In this document: piece by piece, positions 1 to 12,096 of the stretch
Numbering within the stretch: the stretch's first letter is position 1
How the letters are laid out: every line of letters starts with the position of its first letter
Origin: Catajapyx aquilonaris
Lineage: Eukaryota
Assembly: GCA_000934665.2 (NCBI GenBank)
Contig: JYFJ02004253.1
Coordinates: 1 to 33,572 of the forward strand
Direction: 5' to 3'
DNA length: 33,572 nucleotides
The notes under the pieces: generated by a model
What the model was told of the DNA's origin: nothing
The model's input: the letters and a program-made list of their open reading frames with translations, nothing else
The model's database searches: none
Made by a program: the position numbers and the translations under genes

Positions 1-92
1 GGCCGCAGTGGCGCTTTCCCATGTTAAACTCGCATAGACGGTGGCGCCACTGCGGAATTTTTCCATGAGGCTCCGTACGCTGCCGTGGCCCA

Positions 93-1751
93 CTACTCTA
101 ATCTTTTAGGAAGTATTGAGGTAAACAATTTAAAGATCGTGTTAAAAAGTGCAATCGGCCTATAGTTCTGCGCAAGTGTTGCATCGCCCGATTTAAAAAT
201 TGGGATTAGTTTGGCGATTGGCCAACTTGTAGGGATTTCCCGTGTTTCCAAACATTTGTTCATCAGTTGTCGTATAAAGGAGGCCAATTTAATTGAGTTT
301 ACCTTTAGGAGGGCATTAGGGATCATATCCGGCCCCACCGATTTTTTCGTCCGGAGGGAACGTACTGCATTCGCGTATTCGTCTTGTGTGATAGGAGCAT
401 CAAGTATCGGGTTGGTCGGGTTGACTAGAGTTGTTTGGATGATTGTTATCATGTCGGCTTCGACCGTTCCATACAGGTCCCTTAGATACCTTCCCCAGTT
501 TGCAGCCGTAACTTTTAAATGGGAGGGGTTTGACCTAAGCTTCACCGTTAGCTTCCAAAATTCGTTATTTTCCATTGATGGGACAGCACACGCTACCTTT
601 GTGTAATAAAGCTTTCTCTTGGCCCGTTTCAATTTACAGTACCACTTCCTGTATAACAGAAAGTCCTTCCTATGGTCATCCTCTCCACTTTTCCGCCAAT
701 TGGTCAACCTCGATTTAACCACTTTCCTAAAACTCCTCAAATCAGTATCGAACCATTCCACTCGCTTACTGTTCCGCTGCCTCCGATTGGACCGAAAACT
801 TTTCAAAATGTTGGCGTTCACCAGGAATTCCCAAACCGTTTCATAAAAAACCTGAGCTGCTATGCCAACCTCAAAGTCATCTCCGTCTACCCATTCAGTG
901 TTTAAAATATCCCATTCATCGATTTTCTCAGTATATGCCTCATATGATTCGCATGATTTTAACGACCAATACGGGGCCAGGCTATCAGGAACATCTGGCC
1001 CATCGTAGTAAAACCTTGCATGTATCGGGAAATGATCTGACCCTAGGATTTGCATCACTTCGAAGTCCTTGACTTTATCAATCAGATTTTCCGAAATACA
1101 AATATAGTCTATTACTGAGTTCCCCATGTGCGATACGAAAGTAAATTCGCCCTCATTATCGGATGTCGTCACCCCATTCAGGACCGACAATGAGGCTTCC
1201 TGCAAAAATCTAATTAACAGTCTCCCATTTCTGTTCGTTACAGGATCTTTGGAGGCTCTTGGCCAAAAAATATTAGAATCACTAACCGACTCGGGTATAA
1301 TTGGGCACTCGTGCCCAATTCGCCCGTTGAAATCCCCAAGCAGGACAATTGGGTAATCACTATCACTATTCTCGTAAATCTGTGCGGCTAGTGTCCTTAT
1401 CATTTCACTGTACACTTTTTGGGGGGTAAAGTATGTCATAATAATCAGGAATCTTACTTGCCCTTTTGACGCTAGTACACTTATACAAAATTCATTTCTC
1501 AGTTTGCAAATAAAGTTCCAACTTTTGTCCACACACAGTAATATTCCCCCGGATGGCCTACCTCTTTTGCTAACACTCACTGCCGGGTATTGGACGCAGT
1601 TGTAAGTATTGGAATAAGTTCCCAGAGAAATGTCGGCACTTTTCCATGTCTCCGCCACTGCTAAAAAATCGCAGCCCGGGATTTGTTCCGACAACTCGTC
1701 AAGCACTTCTGTTATCTCACTGCCAGCTACATTCCAAAACGTACACTTCAC
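93..1751 (-). CDS. LINE ORF2, partial: APE endonuclease plus start of reverse transcriptase
   Basis: APE motifs FWNVAG, AVAETW, GDFNGRIG, SVIDY, SDHFPI; RT-proximal motifs KSVGPDMIP, IPIFKSGD and NYRPIAL..TIFKLF; TAG at 93-95. Begins at GTG, with no ATG in frame ahead of the APE motifs. Confidence 0.9.
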   Translation of the reverse strand: MKCTFWNVAGSEITEVLDELSEQIPGCDFLAVAETWKSADISLGTYSNTYNCVQYPAVSVSKRGRPSGGILLCVDKSWNFICKLRNEFCISVLASKGQVRFLIIMTYFTPQKVYSEMIRTLAAQIYENSDSDYPIVLLGDFNGRIGHECPIIPESVSDSNIFWPRASKDPVTNRNGRLLIRFLQEASLSVLNGVTTSDNEGEFTFVSHMGNSVIDYICISENLIDKVKDFEVMQILGSDHFPIHARFYYDGPDVPDSLAPYWSLKSCESYEAYTEKIDEWDILNTEWVDGDDFEVGIAAQVFYETVWEFLVNANILKSFRSNRRQRNSKRVEWFDTDLRSFRKVVKSRLTNWRKSGEDDHRKDFLLYRKWYCKLKRAKRKLYYTKVACAVPSMENNEFWKLTVKLRSNPSHLKVTAANWGRYLRDLYGTVEADMITIIQTTLVNPTNPILDAPITQDEYANAVRSLRTKKSVGPDMIPNALLKVNSIKLASFIRQLMNKCLETREIPTSWPIAKLIPIFKSGDATLAQNYRPIALFNTIFKLFTSILPKRLE

Positions 1752-1986
1752 TTCCCGTTGGCCGGTCCCCTCGTTGTCTCAGTACCCATCGGAGCAGCCG
1801 GCGCCGGAGCCCCGACCTCTTCCTCTCCTGCTTTCGTTTCTCTTGTCCGCATCCATCGTCCCCAGCTTCTCTCCAGAGTTTAATTCCCAGTCCTCGTGTC
1901 CTCCGTTCTCATCATCTTCATGGTCCACCACCTGCTGAGCTTTCCCACTGCTCGATCCTTTCTCTGCTTCAGCTGCGGTGACCCAG

Positions 1987-2787
1987 TCATCCACTGCTTC
2001 TTCTTCTTTCTTTCAACGTTGCGCCCTTGTTCTTCTTTGGACCCACGACAAAGCCTGGAGATGATCGTGGTCGCTTGTTCTCAGCTCGAACATCTTTTCT
2101 TCCTTCCATTTGTTGCACCGGGGTTACCCCACGACCATTTTCTTTCAGCCTGTACTTCACGCCGTCGACCACCAGAAAATCCTTTTTCAGATTCGCCTTT
2201 TTTCCTTCGTCCCTCGCCTGATACATGTACTGTACCAAAGCTCTCCTGGTGTCCCTCACTTGAGTGGAGAAGTCCTCGCTTATCGCAGTCCCGGTGCCCT
2301 TCAGGTTTCTGGCTCTTGATAGGATGGTCTCTCGATCCTTGAAGCGCACGAAAGCCGCTATTATCGGTGCCCCATTTTTCGGTTTGCCCAGCAGATGCAC
2401 CCGCTGGAATTCTATCTCGTTGCACTTCTCATGCAGCTTGTACTTGCCCAGGAATCCTCTCAAGGTCATTTCAGCTTGCTCCCACGTCTTCAAGACATCA
2501 GGTGTTTGGAGGCCGTGAAAAATTAAGTTGTTTCTCCTTAGGCGGTTTTCCAAGTCATCCACTTTCCTCAGCAGTTCCATATGGGTCCCCTGCATCGATT
2601 GAACATGCTGATTTGTCTCCTCAACCTGTTGAGCCAGTTCCTGAGTTTTCTGCTGTATGTCACCCATGGCTGCCGTCCACTTCACTTCCAAATCCGACAA
2701 TGCCTGGTCCATTTTCTGCTCGATTCTGCTGGTAATGTCATCTTTCTGCTTGTCCAGCATCCTCTGGATATCCTGTATCGACGCCAT
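1987..2787 (-). CDS. LINE ORF1 (coiled coil plus L1-type RRM)
   Basis: Likely ATG at 2787 (MASIQDIQ); heptad-rich region, then KVDDLENRLRRNNLIFHGL, RVHLLG..PIIAAF and ISEDFS motifs typical of L1-like ORF1p. Confidence 0.85.
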   Translation of the reverse strand: MASIQDIQRMLDKQKDDITSRIEQKMDQALSDLEVKWTAAMGDIQQKTQELAQQVEETNQHVQSMQGTHMELLRKVDDLENRLRRNNLIFHGLQTPDVLKTWEQAEMTLRGFLGKYKLHEKCNEIEFQRVHLLGKPKNGAPIIAAFVRFKDRETILSRARNLKGTGTAISEDFSTQVRDTRRALVQYMYQARDEGKKANLKKDFLVVDGVKYRLKENGRGVTPVQQMEGRKDVRAENKRPRSSPGFVVGPKKNKGATLKERRRSSG

Positions 2788-3998
2788 AACTGCTGACCAG
2801 TATAGCCACTCACCCCCTTTGTCTGGGCTATTTGACTTGTCCTCACAGAAAAAGCTTGCCTTATCACGAGCTCTCACTACACCTCCTGTCTGCTCGAGCT
2901 CTATCCAGAGAGTGAAATGGCAGTTCCCTATCATCATGGGATGCTAGGAAAATGTAACCTAGTCTGGCTATAACAGTTGTTGATTACATTACCATGGCAA
3001 CAGTGACATTCAGCAATATCCATAGTTTCATAATATCATCAATGATTGATTGTTGTCGATTGCATTACCACGGAAACAGGCTGTGCAAAAAAGGGGTTGT
3101 GATTGAGTCACAATCAACAACAATCAAGGGTTGTTGCAACGGTTGCCATGTTAACCACTTGCCATGTAATCTCATTTTAATTGTATGGAGTCATTAAAAT
3201 ACAGTTCAACAAAGCATACAAAATCCACACACACACTTTACTTGTCCAAATGTGGGTGCATTTGCCTCTTGTGTTCCCCCACGGGGACACCAGATTTCAA
3301 CACTACTCCCAGACAAGGAAAGTAAAAAATATTCCTATATTGCCCCGTCATCATCATCATTCATAAGTTTTCTATTACAAACAAAAAATAACTCATAATG
3401 CTAATCAACATTAGAGAATTAATCCCTAATCATTTTCGGAATGTGGAGGTGCAGCCATTATTTCCTGCGTTAAAATTCAAACACCTGTATCTTAAAAATC
3501 TGAAGCAATATTAAGCAGGTCCTGAAGCCCCCGTCACTACTGCCAGCTCTTTAGCAGCAGAAGAACCTGCGCAAAAAAATTAAACTGTAACAACTGTGCA
3601 GGTGTCCCCTATAGGGAACACTCGGCATATCTGGGTTAATGTATGCTAGAGTCATACACTTTGAAATAAATTTGTGAATAAGTAATGACTAATAGAGCCT
3701 AGTATGGGCTTAGTATGGATTAGTTATGATGCCCCCATTGTAGGTATACCGAAAGCCTCATATGGAATAATGTTTACAAAAATATGCATAAGGTGACAAT
3801 GAGCAATGTTCAGTTATTCTAGAAAACAAGGTATACGCATGTTACAAGAAAATGGATGCCAATTTTAAAATTGCGACTTCATATTCACAATCCCCGCCTC
3901 CTAATACATGAGAGACACCAAAAATGGCGCCTTAAACAAAACCCAATGTTGCCCAAAAAATTTATGATATCGAGCTAAGCAAAGTAGGCCTATTCTTA

Positions 3999-4673
3999 CA
4001 AGGGAACGGTCAGGGTCGACCACCTCCGATTTGGTTCAAATTGGCTTGAGGGGTCATTCATGTGCGATAGACACAGTAGTGAAAGTGTTAGCTCGCACTG
4101 TCCAGCCGTTTCCGAGATATGAGCGACAGTTACATCCGAAATTTGGCCGCGCGCATTTGCCGGGAGCCGCTCTGCCAGCTCCAAATCCCTTCTACCTTGA
4201 TTCCCCCCACTTTTTTCGGTCCCACACCACCATCCCCCACTCCCCCACCAACATTTCCGTTTTCCATAGTTTCTTTGCTCCGGTATTTATAATAAGTTTT
4301 CCCCATTACCCAATTTTAGGTATAGAAGCTCTTTATTCGCAGTTGACAGAAGCGAAAGAAAGCAGCTTGATGGTCTCATAATAAATACCGGAGCAAAGAA
4401 ACTATGGAAAACGAAAAATGTTGGTGGGGGAGTGGGGGATGGTGGTGTGGGATCGAAAAAAGTGGCGGGAATCAAGGTAGAAGGGATTTGGAGCTGGCAG
4501 AGCGGCTCCCGGCAAATGCGCGCGGGCAAAATTCGGATGTTACTGTCGCTCATATCTCGGAAACGGCTGGACAGTGCGAGCTAACACTTTCACCACAGTG
4601 TCTATCGCACATGAATGACCCCTCAAGCCCGTCTCAACCAAATAGGAGGTGGTCGACCCTGACCATTCCCTTG
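3999..4673. mobile_element. Tc4/Tc5-type foldback MITE
   Basis: About 290-bp inverted arms (3999-4290 / 4381-4673), ends CAAGGGAA...TTCCCTTG, TTA duplicated in a C-TTA-G target. Confidence 0.85.
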
Positions 4674-4834
4674 TTAGTAGAGTAAGGCCTGTGACAAGAA
4701 AATTTATGCCGATATTGAAATTTTGACTTCATATTCGGAGTCAGCGCATACATGGTAAAAAGTGAAAATGGCGCAATTAACAAAACCATTGTTGACCATA
4801 TACAGTATTAGTCATATTGAGTCAATGTGCCTCA

Positions 4835-6856
4835 CAAGGGAACGGTACTTGCTGTAAGTTGAGTAGCCCTTTGACACTTGGCATAGGGCAAGAATCGATA
4901 TGGTTGATGTGAAAAGTGAAGTTCGTTGCGGCTGACATACATGAGTTTACGAGATAATGGCTTCTAAAGTTTCCTATAGCAGCTGATGTGGTGGTTGTAT
5001 TTCCCAGGATAACTAGTTAAGGTATAGAAAATAGCATATCTATCATCTATTTATTTACAGTGTTTACAACCTTTATGATAAGCAATACACAGAAATGTTC
5101 AACCAAATCAAGTATACGCTTGACAACCAAGAAGTCATTGAAGAAATCCGAACACTTGGGTTCAATGATATCACGCCTTTTCGAGATACGCATAATGTCA
5201 ATGCTGGGCTGGCAGAGGTTGGTTTTGTGGCAGGTGGTTCTTCTTGCGGTTCTTCACTAGAGTCGTCAGAATCCCGAAAATCATCCAGTTCATCTTCTTC
5301 ATGAATATAGAATATCTTTTATATATTCATGAAGAAGATGAACCGGTTGATTTTCGGGATTCTGACGACTCTAGTGAAGAACCGCAAGAAAACCAACCTC
5401 TGCCAACCCAGCATTGACAGATGCGTATCTCAAAAAGGCGTGGCTATACTGGAGATGTGTGGAGTGACCAATCAAAACGCAACAAACGCCAACAAAGCCA
5501 TTTCGAGATATTCAACAAAAACCGATTGCTCCCAAATGGAATGTGACCAAGAAACAAAATGTGCAGTACATTATGCCCATATGCAGAGGTGGTTAATGGT
5601 GTATGTTAATGAAATCAGGATTGAGAAAAAAATTAATCAAAATTTGACTTATTGCGTTTTGAATGGGCACATGTGTCAGATGTTGCGTTTTGATTGATTA
5701 TTATCATTGGCCGTATTATTAAACTGTGATAAATTCTTAGTTTCTTCTATCAGCAGGAACCATGATACCATATCCTTGACACTAATTATTATCTAAACAC
5801 AATGCTAATCGTGAGAACATTATTAGCTATTTTTAAAATTTATTATTACTTATACACCCTTCGGGGTTGGAGCGAGTCGATGAGAACAACATACGTACTA
5901 CTGTAGTACTGTGTGGGTTGGTTAGCTTACTCTATGGGGTTGGTAAGATATCGGCGGCCATTTGTAACAGTTGCGCATCGCACTCTCTCATTGGCTGCTT
6001 GGCACATGTTGCGTTATGAAGTAGCCGGTATGGGTCACATATTGCGTTTTGAAGCAACACTCCATTTTCCAGCCCTTATAACACGGTAGATATTGCATTT
6101 AGAAATGCCACAATCTAACACACACGTAGACCCGAGCCTCAAGGACGTGCTACCACCTATAACTCGATTTTGAAAATTTTGGCGTTTGTTGCGTTTTGAT
6201 TGGTCACCCCACATATGATGGCACAAGATTTGAAAAGGGGGATCGTCGATCATGGACTTCAGTTGCCAATCGTTTTAAACAGTTGAAAGGACATCAAATG
6301 AACAGTCTAACTCGATATGCCTTACGTCGGCAGGTAGGTCCGTTTGGAATAGCCAATAGCACAGGAAGCACACCGAGAAATCAACAGACGCACTTTGGCA
6401 GATTTTAAGAGGCTTGTAGGCCCTCATATGCCACCATTCATGACATTACATTACTGCAGTTGCCTTGGAACACAAAAGAGCTGTTAATCCAAACACATTT
6501 TTCAAAGCATCACCATCATGGGTGATCAAGTTCAAAGCACGGAACAATATTGTATCTAGAATCAAATTATTATTGCTTCGAGCATGATATCATTAATGTT
6601 CACAATTGCTTATCATAAAGGTTGTAAAAACTGTAAATAAATAGATGATAGATATGCTATTTTCTATACCATAACTAGTTATCCTGAGAAATACCACCAC
6701 CACCTCAGCTGCTATAGGAAACTTTAAAAGTCATTATCTCGTAAACTCTTGTATGTCAGCCGCAACGGACTTCACTTTTCGCATCAACCATGTGGTTTCT
6801 TGCCCTATGCCAAGTGTCATAGGGCAACTCAACTTACAGCAAGTACCGTTCCCTTG
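4835..6856 (+). mobile_element. Internally deleted Tc5-like DNA transposon with transposase relic
   Basis: About 250-bp TIRs starting CAAGGGAACGGT, TCA duplicated in C-TCA-G; decayed CENPB/Tc5-type HTH (IHDITL...FKASPSWVIKFKARNNIVSR) at about 6435-6562. Confidence 0.85.
5459..6212. mobile_element. Non-autonomous DNA element nested in the Tc5-like relic (possibly Sola1-type)
   Basis: TIR GTGGRGTGACCAATCAAAACGCAACAAACGCCAA at both ends; flanks ATGT/ATAT; internal TTGCGTTTTGA repeats; removal rejoins the host frame AWLYWR|YDGTRF. Confidence 0.65.
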
Positions 6857-7005
6857 TCAGTGTACTTTCCGCAAAATAAGGTATGGCTGTTACAAAAAAA
6901 TGGAGGGTGATGGACACTTTCTGACTTCATATTCGGAATCAGCGTGTGTGAATGCATTAGAAACAGCTAAAATTGTTCATGACCCAAAAACCTTGTTGAC
7001 AAGTG

Positions 7006-7390
7006 TTATAGATAGAATCCTCCTGGAGCCGAAAACACAAGAATCATGGGTGTGAAACTTCTCCGTGCCCTCCAGGAACCATTTTTTTGGATGTTAGGCG
7101 CACCCCTTCCCGGAAAACTGCTTACAGTCAACAATGTCCTCAAAATTGCATCAGTGAATGAGTTTTTTTCATGAATCTGAACAAGTGAAAGTCACTGGGG
7201 GCCAAGCCGGGTGAGTGCAGCAGGTGTGGAAGCACCTAAACACTGTTGACAGTTGTTTACGTTGTTGATTGTGCACAGTTGTCCGGTAGTAGGTGCGTCG
7301 CACCTTCAGAAAGTGGTTCCTGGAGGACCTGGAGAGGTTGATACACCTGTGATGGTAGTGCATTCGGCTCCAGGAGGATTCTATCTATAA
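7006..7390. mobile_element. MITE with 28-bp TIRs, family unassigned
   Basis: TTATAGATAGAATCCTCCTGGAGCCGAA and its reverse complement ending at 7390; compatible with a TA TSD. Confidence 0.7.
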
Positions 7391-7671
7391 TGTGTGACTA
7401 TCTGCCGACCTGTACGGGCACCGTATTTGTGGCAAAAAAATTAATTGCAAATCATTTTAGTACGGCCCTCGTAGTTTGCTCCCTAGAGCAAAACTTTATG
7501 GCTCCACCCCAACTTATAGCCCCACCCCCAACCAAAAGTTGGATAGGCACCAACTTTGGAGCGTATTCTGGTTTGGTCCCAACTTCCTATCTTTCCCATG
7601 TATTTTCAGGTTGGACCTGACTGGTTTGGAAACTAGTTGGGTTGACAAGTTTCCTTGTATAAACGGCCCTT

Positions 7672-8405
7672 GACAAAGATGACTTTTATCTAGTTTGGAA
7701 GCTCTGTCAATGTAAATTTATCGAGGTATGCAGATGACACAAAAATCACAAGAAGGGGAGAGAAACAAAAGACGAACGATGTCCCCCCCAAACCCCAATT
7801 TTGACCAACGTGTCCCACCGTTTTCATTTGAAAATGAAAACAGTTACAGATATGAACTATACTGGGTTTTGAAGCTCTATTGATGTCATTTTGTGCGGTA
7901 TAGAGATGGAACAAAATTACCGACAGGGGAGGGGAAAAAAAAGAAGAAATGACACCCCCCCCCCCTCCCCGGCACTGATTGAATGCAAACAATTGACAAT
8001 TTTCGTCCCACTGCTAGTTAATGCTAACTTAGCAGTAGCAGTGCTAAATATCGTACTGATAAGTTAGTAGTAACTAGCAGTGGGACGGAAATTCGACCCA
8101 AACTAAATTATTTTGTCCAACCTCTTCTCAGATTTAGTGCCGGAGAAGGGGGTGCCGTTTCCATTTTCCCCCCTACCCCATCGGTAATTTTGGTCCATCT
8201 CTAGACCACACAAAGTGACATCGATCGAGCTTCAAAACCCAATACAGTTCATATCTGTAGCTGTTTTCATTTTCAAATCAAAAGGGTGGGACACTCTGGT
8301 CAATGGGGCCTGTGGAGGTGTCGGTCGTAATTTGTTTCTCTCCCCTTCTCGTGCTTTTTTGCGTCATCTGCATACCTCCACAAATGTATTGTCGGATTCA
8401 AAGCT
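7672..8405. repeat. Long degenerate inverted repeat with a central hairpin of about 95 bp
   Basis: About 7700-7965 pairs with about 8145-8405; hairpin 7998-8093 (CGTCCCACTGCTAGTTA...TAACTAGCAGTGGGACG). Confidence 0.7.
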
Positions 8406-9627
8406 TGATGGAGTTCCGTGTATTTTCCCAACCACCCAAATCCTCCAGTCCCTACCCATGCCCTACCCCACCACCTCCAAAATGTGACCATTTCTTCTGA
8501 GCCTAATCCGCAAAAGGGTTCTGGAGAAAGCGATTAAAATGCGATGGTGCCGTACGTCTGCTGTAAGATAAATAATTTATAAGAATAAACTACTAATGGC
8601 GGGTTGCACCGGCTCTCGAAAAGATGTTTCCTCCCGGAAAGTAGAACAAATCCAGTCGAATAGTTCGAAAAGTGTTGCACCGCCACCCGAATTCCGTTTC
8701 CAGGCGCCTTTTCGATCGAATACTTTTACCCCACCCCGAACGGGCCGAATAGTGACTATTCGGGTCGAAAAGTTGTTCGGTGGCTGAAATTCAAGATGGC
8801 CGCCGGTCACTGACCTCGAAGGCTATCCCCGTTCGATCCCGAGGATTCAACCCTGCAGGAGGTGTTATTCCCCGCCCGTTCATTCAGATCAGGTGAGCGA
8901 TGATTGCGCACACATAAATTTCCATGAATTTAGTTTAATTTAATTTTAATTAATTAAAATCGAAAAACACGTATATTTCACCACTTTTTTTTTGGGCCCG
9001 AAGTATGTTTCAAGGGCAAGCACTCACTAGTCTTATTCCTCATTGCTTCCAATTATATTTATAAATTATTGTGGTGCATTTGGGCAGCAGAATGTTGGTA
9101 CGAGGAAATATAAATGAAGTCATTCAGGGGAAATACATAGCGATATGCAGAGCTAACAAGTAATAATTTTGCCATAGTGCAGGATGTGTACTGGTACGGC
9201 AGTTATGTCTGCAAACTTATTGAAATATACCAAAACTTGCCAGCAAGCCCACCACCACATATGGTAGCCCCAGTCATATTTTAAAGAAACTCTGGCAGTT
9301 CAACTTTCCTTGGCTGTGAGAGTACTTACCATTTCAGTAATGTAAAAGTAACTGATAACTACAAAAACTCTGCAATAAAATAATTTTTGGCACTCACATA
9401 AGTATAACATGGATAAAGAGATAATATCATTTTTATTGACTGCACAATATGTTGACAATATTCTGGTCATAACAAAACATACAGTGTATACCATAGGCCT
9501 GTAGTCTCTATAAAGGAGAAATGTAAGAACTGCTTATGGAATATGTCATTAGCCATATGAGCATTGTGTTCGTATTGACATGTACATATTTTATACAGGT
9601 ATTTGGTACAAGAAGCTTTCCTCTTGC

Positions 9628-9870
9628 TATGGCTACTGCCTTGTGGCAACAGAGCAGCAGCTCGGAAGATGAAGATGAGCGGCTGAATTATGTTAGAAAT
9701 GGGAGGATTTGGAGATGGAAGAATTCATTCAAGACCGGAGGAGCTGAGGGTTGCAGACCATATATGAAGAAGTTGATGGTGCTCCAGCACCAACTAATTC
9801 CCACTCTGCTGCTGCTATTGCTGGTGCCCAGACAAAATGGGAGGCCCTCATCATTGGACATTTCAATTAG
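9628..9870 (+). pseudogene. Harbinger transposase remnant (N- and C-termini only)
   Basis: MATALWQQSSSSEDEDER... joined out of frame to ...GAQTKWEALIIGHFN*, resembling the G..R..LI..HF C-terminus; no DDE core. Confidence 0.5.
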
Positions 9871-10599
9871 AAAATTCAAGCCGTTACATTACTCTTGTTA
9901 TGATGTTATGCTAATCATTGTAAATATTGTGAAATAAATTAATGGGCTCTAAAATGTGTTGTTGGCAACATGGCAGCTGTTCATTGCAACTTATATTGCA
10001 AATGAGGGGTCTGAGATAAAAAATTTGGTACTGCTGCATCATGGGGTACATCCTGGAAAAATTGAAGCAACACAGGAGTACTGTATTACAATAATTGCAA
10101 ATATAGAAGCATGAGCCTTGACACCATGGCCTTGTGGACATAAATTAAGCATTGCAAGTGACACTGAGTCTAATATTATGCTACAAAAATTCTTGTGAGA
10201 CGTTTATGTCCAATAACGCAACATATGGCCATATGTGTTATGGAAATATAATGCCAGCTAGGATTGCCCAATAAGATATCTGCTGCTGATTAATAATAAG
10301 AATCTAATGGGAGCATTCTTATATGGCACTCCCACCTCGAATTTCATTTCCAGGCTTCAAAAGCATAATATGGCCCTATGACTTCCTTGTATTTGAAAAT
10401 AAACTCAGCCTATTGTTAACTTGACACTGGACAGAAATTGTGGTTGCACGCAGTACATACCTCAAAAGTGAAAGACCAGGGGGGCAGCTGCAGGATCTGA
10501 TTCTGATGTGCCTGTAAGAAAAGGTATGGATTGCTATAGCCCACATATCTTGTACTGTCAATAACTTGCACATTGGCAAATATGCTGTACATACCGACT

Positions 10600-10994
10600 T
10601 GTAATTGGCCCCTTGCGGTGCCCCTGCCTGGCCTATCATGCCAAAAATCTTTGAAGAGACGGTACTCGGAGACTTCGAGATGGTACACACAGTTAGGTAC
10701 AACTCCCTCTTGTCTGCAGGGGACTGCTACTTAGCTTCTTTTTTTTCAGGCATTCATATGCAGACCTGAGCTGCTTCCAGGTCCTCTTGAGTTGAACTCC
10801 ACTTCCACCTTTCTCCATGTGTCTTCCTTCATTCTGTTATTAACAGCATTAGTCATCTTGTTTTCCAGCACCGAACGGTGCCGGTGAACAAGGTCACTTA
10901 GGAGCGTCGCGTCGTCTGCTCTTTTGGACCGGAATTTCGGCCCCTGCTCCCCTTCACCATCTGTGCCGGCTTCTGCGCCTTCTGCCTCCATCAT
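10600..10994 (-). pseudogene. Harbinger Myb/SANT-like DNA-binding protein, frameshifted (3' end approximate)
   Basis: VLENKMTNAVNNRMKEDTWRKVEVEFNS, then in another frame RTWKQLRSAYECLKKK, then ADKRELYLT. Confidence 0.75.
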
Positions 10995-11883
10995 GTGCTA
11001 TGGACAGGTCAGGGCATGTCACGACCAAGTATAACATAGCCAGCAGGCCCAGTTATGGTGTAGGCGGTACGACTTACCTTCACCTTCTGCCCCAGCCACG
11101 GTTTTACAGAGTTACAGGCCCCAACAAGCTGTGCTCTGTGCCAGCACCTCCAGCACCACTGGACCGCGCCATCTTGTTCTGACGTCACACTTATGACGTC
11201 CTCGACTAGCGGCCAATTCGGGAACTCGTAGCATCAGCGGTAGGGAAAACACAGAATTGGCCCGGATTTGTTTATTCGGCCGGAAAACTTGGAAGCGGTG
11301 CAACGCTTGCCCCTGAATTATGAATGTTTCCGGCTTGTCAGCCGAACGGGATATTCAACTTTTCGACTACCTTTTCGAGAGCCGGTGCAACCCGCCCTAA
11401 GACACAGCACTGGTCGTGTATCGGCGTCTGTAATAGGCAACACCGGTTTCTGGCCTGACCCATACGAACCCTTTTGCGTATTAGGTGTGGTAGGAATGGG
11501 GCTCATTTTGAGGTGGTGGGGTTGGGACAGGAGGATTTGGGTGGTTGGGAAAAACTCAGAAACTCCGTCAAGCTTTGAATCCAACAATACATCGAGAGAG
11601 CTTTAAAACTAGGTAAAAGGCATCTTTGTAACTTTTCCAGTTTTCGAATAAAACAGCTTCTGCTTCATCTTCTTCCTGACAGTCTCAATCAGGTTATGGC
11701 CAGGATTGTTGAGTGGCTATAGCGGTTCTCAAAGTTGTGTGCATCGAATCCCAGCTGTTTATTGGATTTGGCCATGTGGCATGACATAGACCTACCATTC
11801 TTCTGAGAGATATAACATCCTCCAATGGACGTTGTTTCTGCGTGGAAGCCAATAGCCCCTGACACAATCATGTGTTTAGCTTA

Positions 11884-12096
11884 AGGCCGGTATCGACGTG
11901 CGAGTTCCTCGTATGCGAGTCCTCTTACACGAGAAATCTTGTACGTCGAGACGGACTCTTTGTCGCCTCAGGGCCCCTCTTGTCCCTCGAAAAGGGGATT
12001 AAAGTTGAAAATTTTCAGCTTTTCCTCTTTCCTCGTATGCGGGCATGCGCAGTTGGCTCCTCGTATGCGAGAAACCTCGTACGTGGATACCGGCCT
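11884..12096. mobile_element. Harbinger/Tourist-like MITE
   Basis: TIR AGGCCGGTATC(G/C)ACGT, TTA TSD, internal CTCGTATGCG repeats. Confidence 0.8.

Larger units (their letters stand above)
93..2900 (-). mobile_element. Non-LTR retrotransposon (APE-type LINE, RTE-X/CR1-group-like), interrupted early in the RT domain; 5' boundary approximate
   Basis: ORF1 followed by an endonuclease-RT ORF2 on the minus strand; RT similarity is lost at about position 90. Confidence 0.9.
8597..11397. mobile_element. PIF/Harbinger transposon, internally deleted
   Basis: TIR GGCGGGTTGCACCGGCTCTCGAAAAG at both ends, TAA TSD (8594-8596 / 11398-11400), convergent transposase and Myb/SANT relics. Confidence 0.88.

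Noticed and set aside
1..92. 12-bp inverted repeat (3-14 / 44-55) where the LINE RT stops
   Set aside because: Probably the end of another insertion, but it is cut by the window edge and cannot be classified.
2788..2937. N-terminal extension of LINE ORF1 in the ORF track
   Set aside because: Probably 5' UTR or flank; ORF1-like sequence starts at the ATG at 2787.
3595..3639. piggyBac-like end ...CTGGG|TTAA
   Set aside because: No matching left TIR was found.
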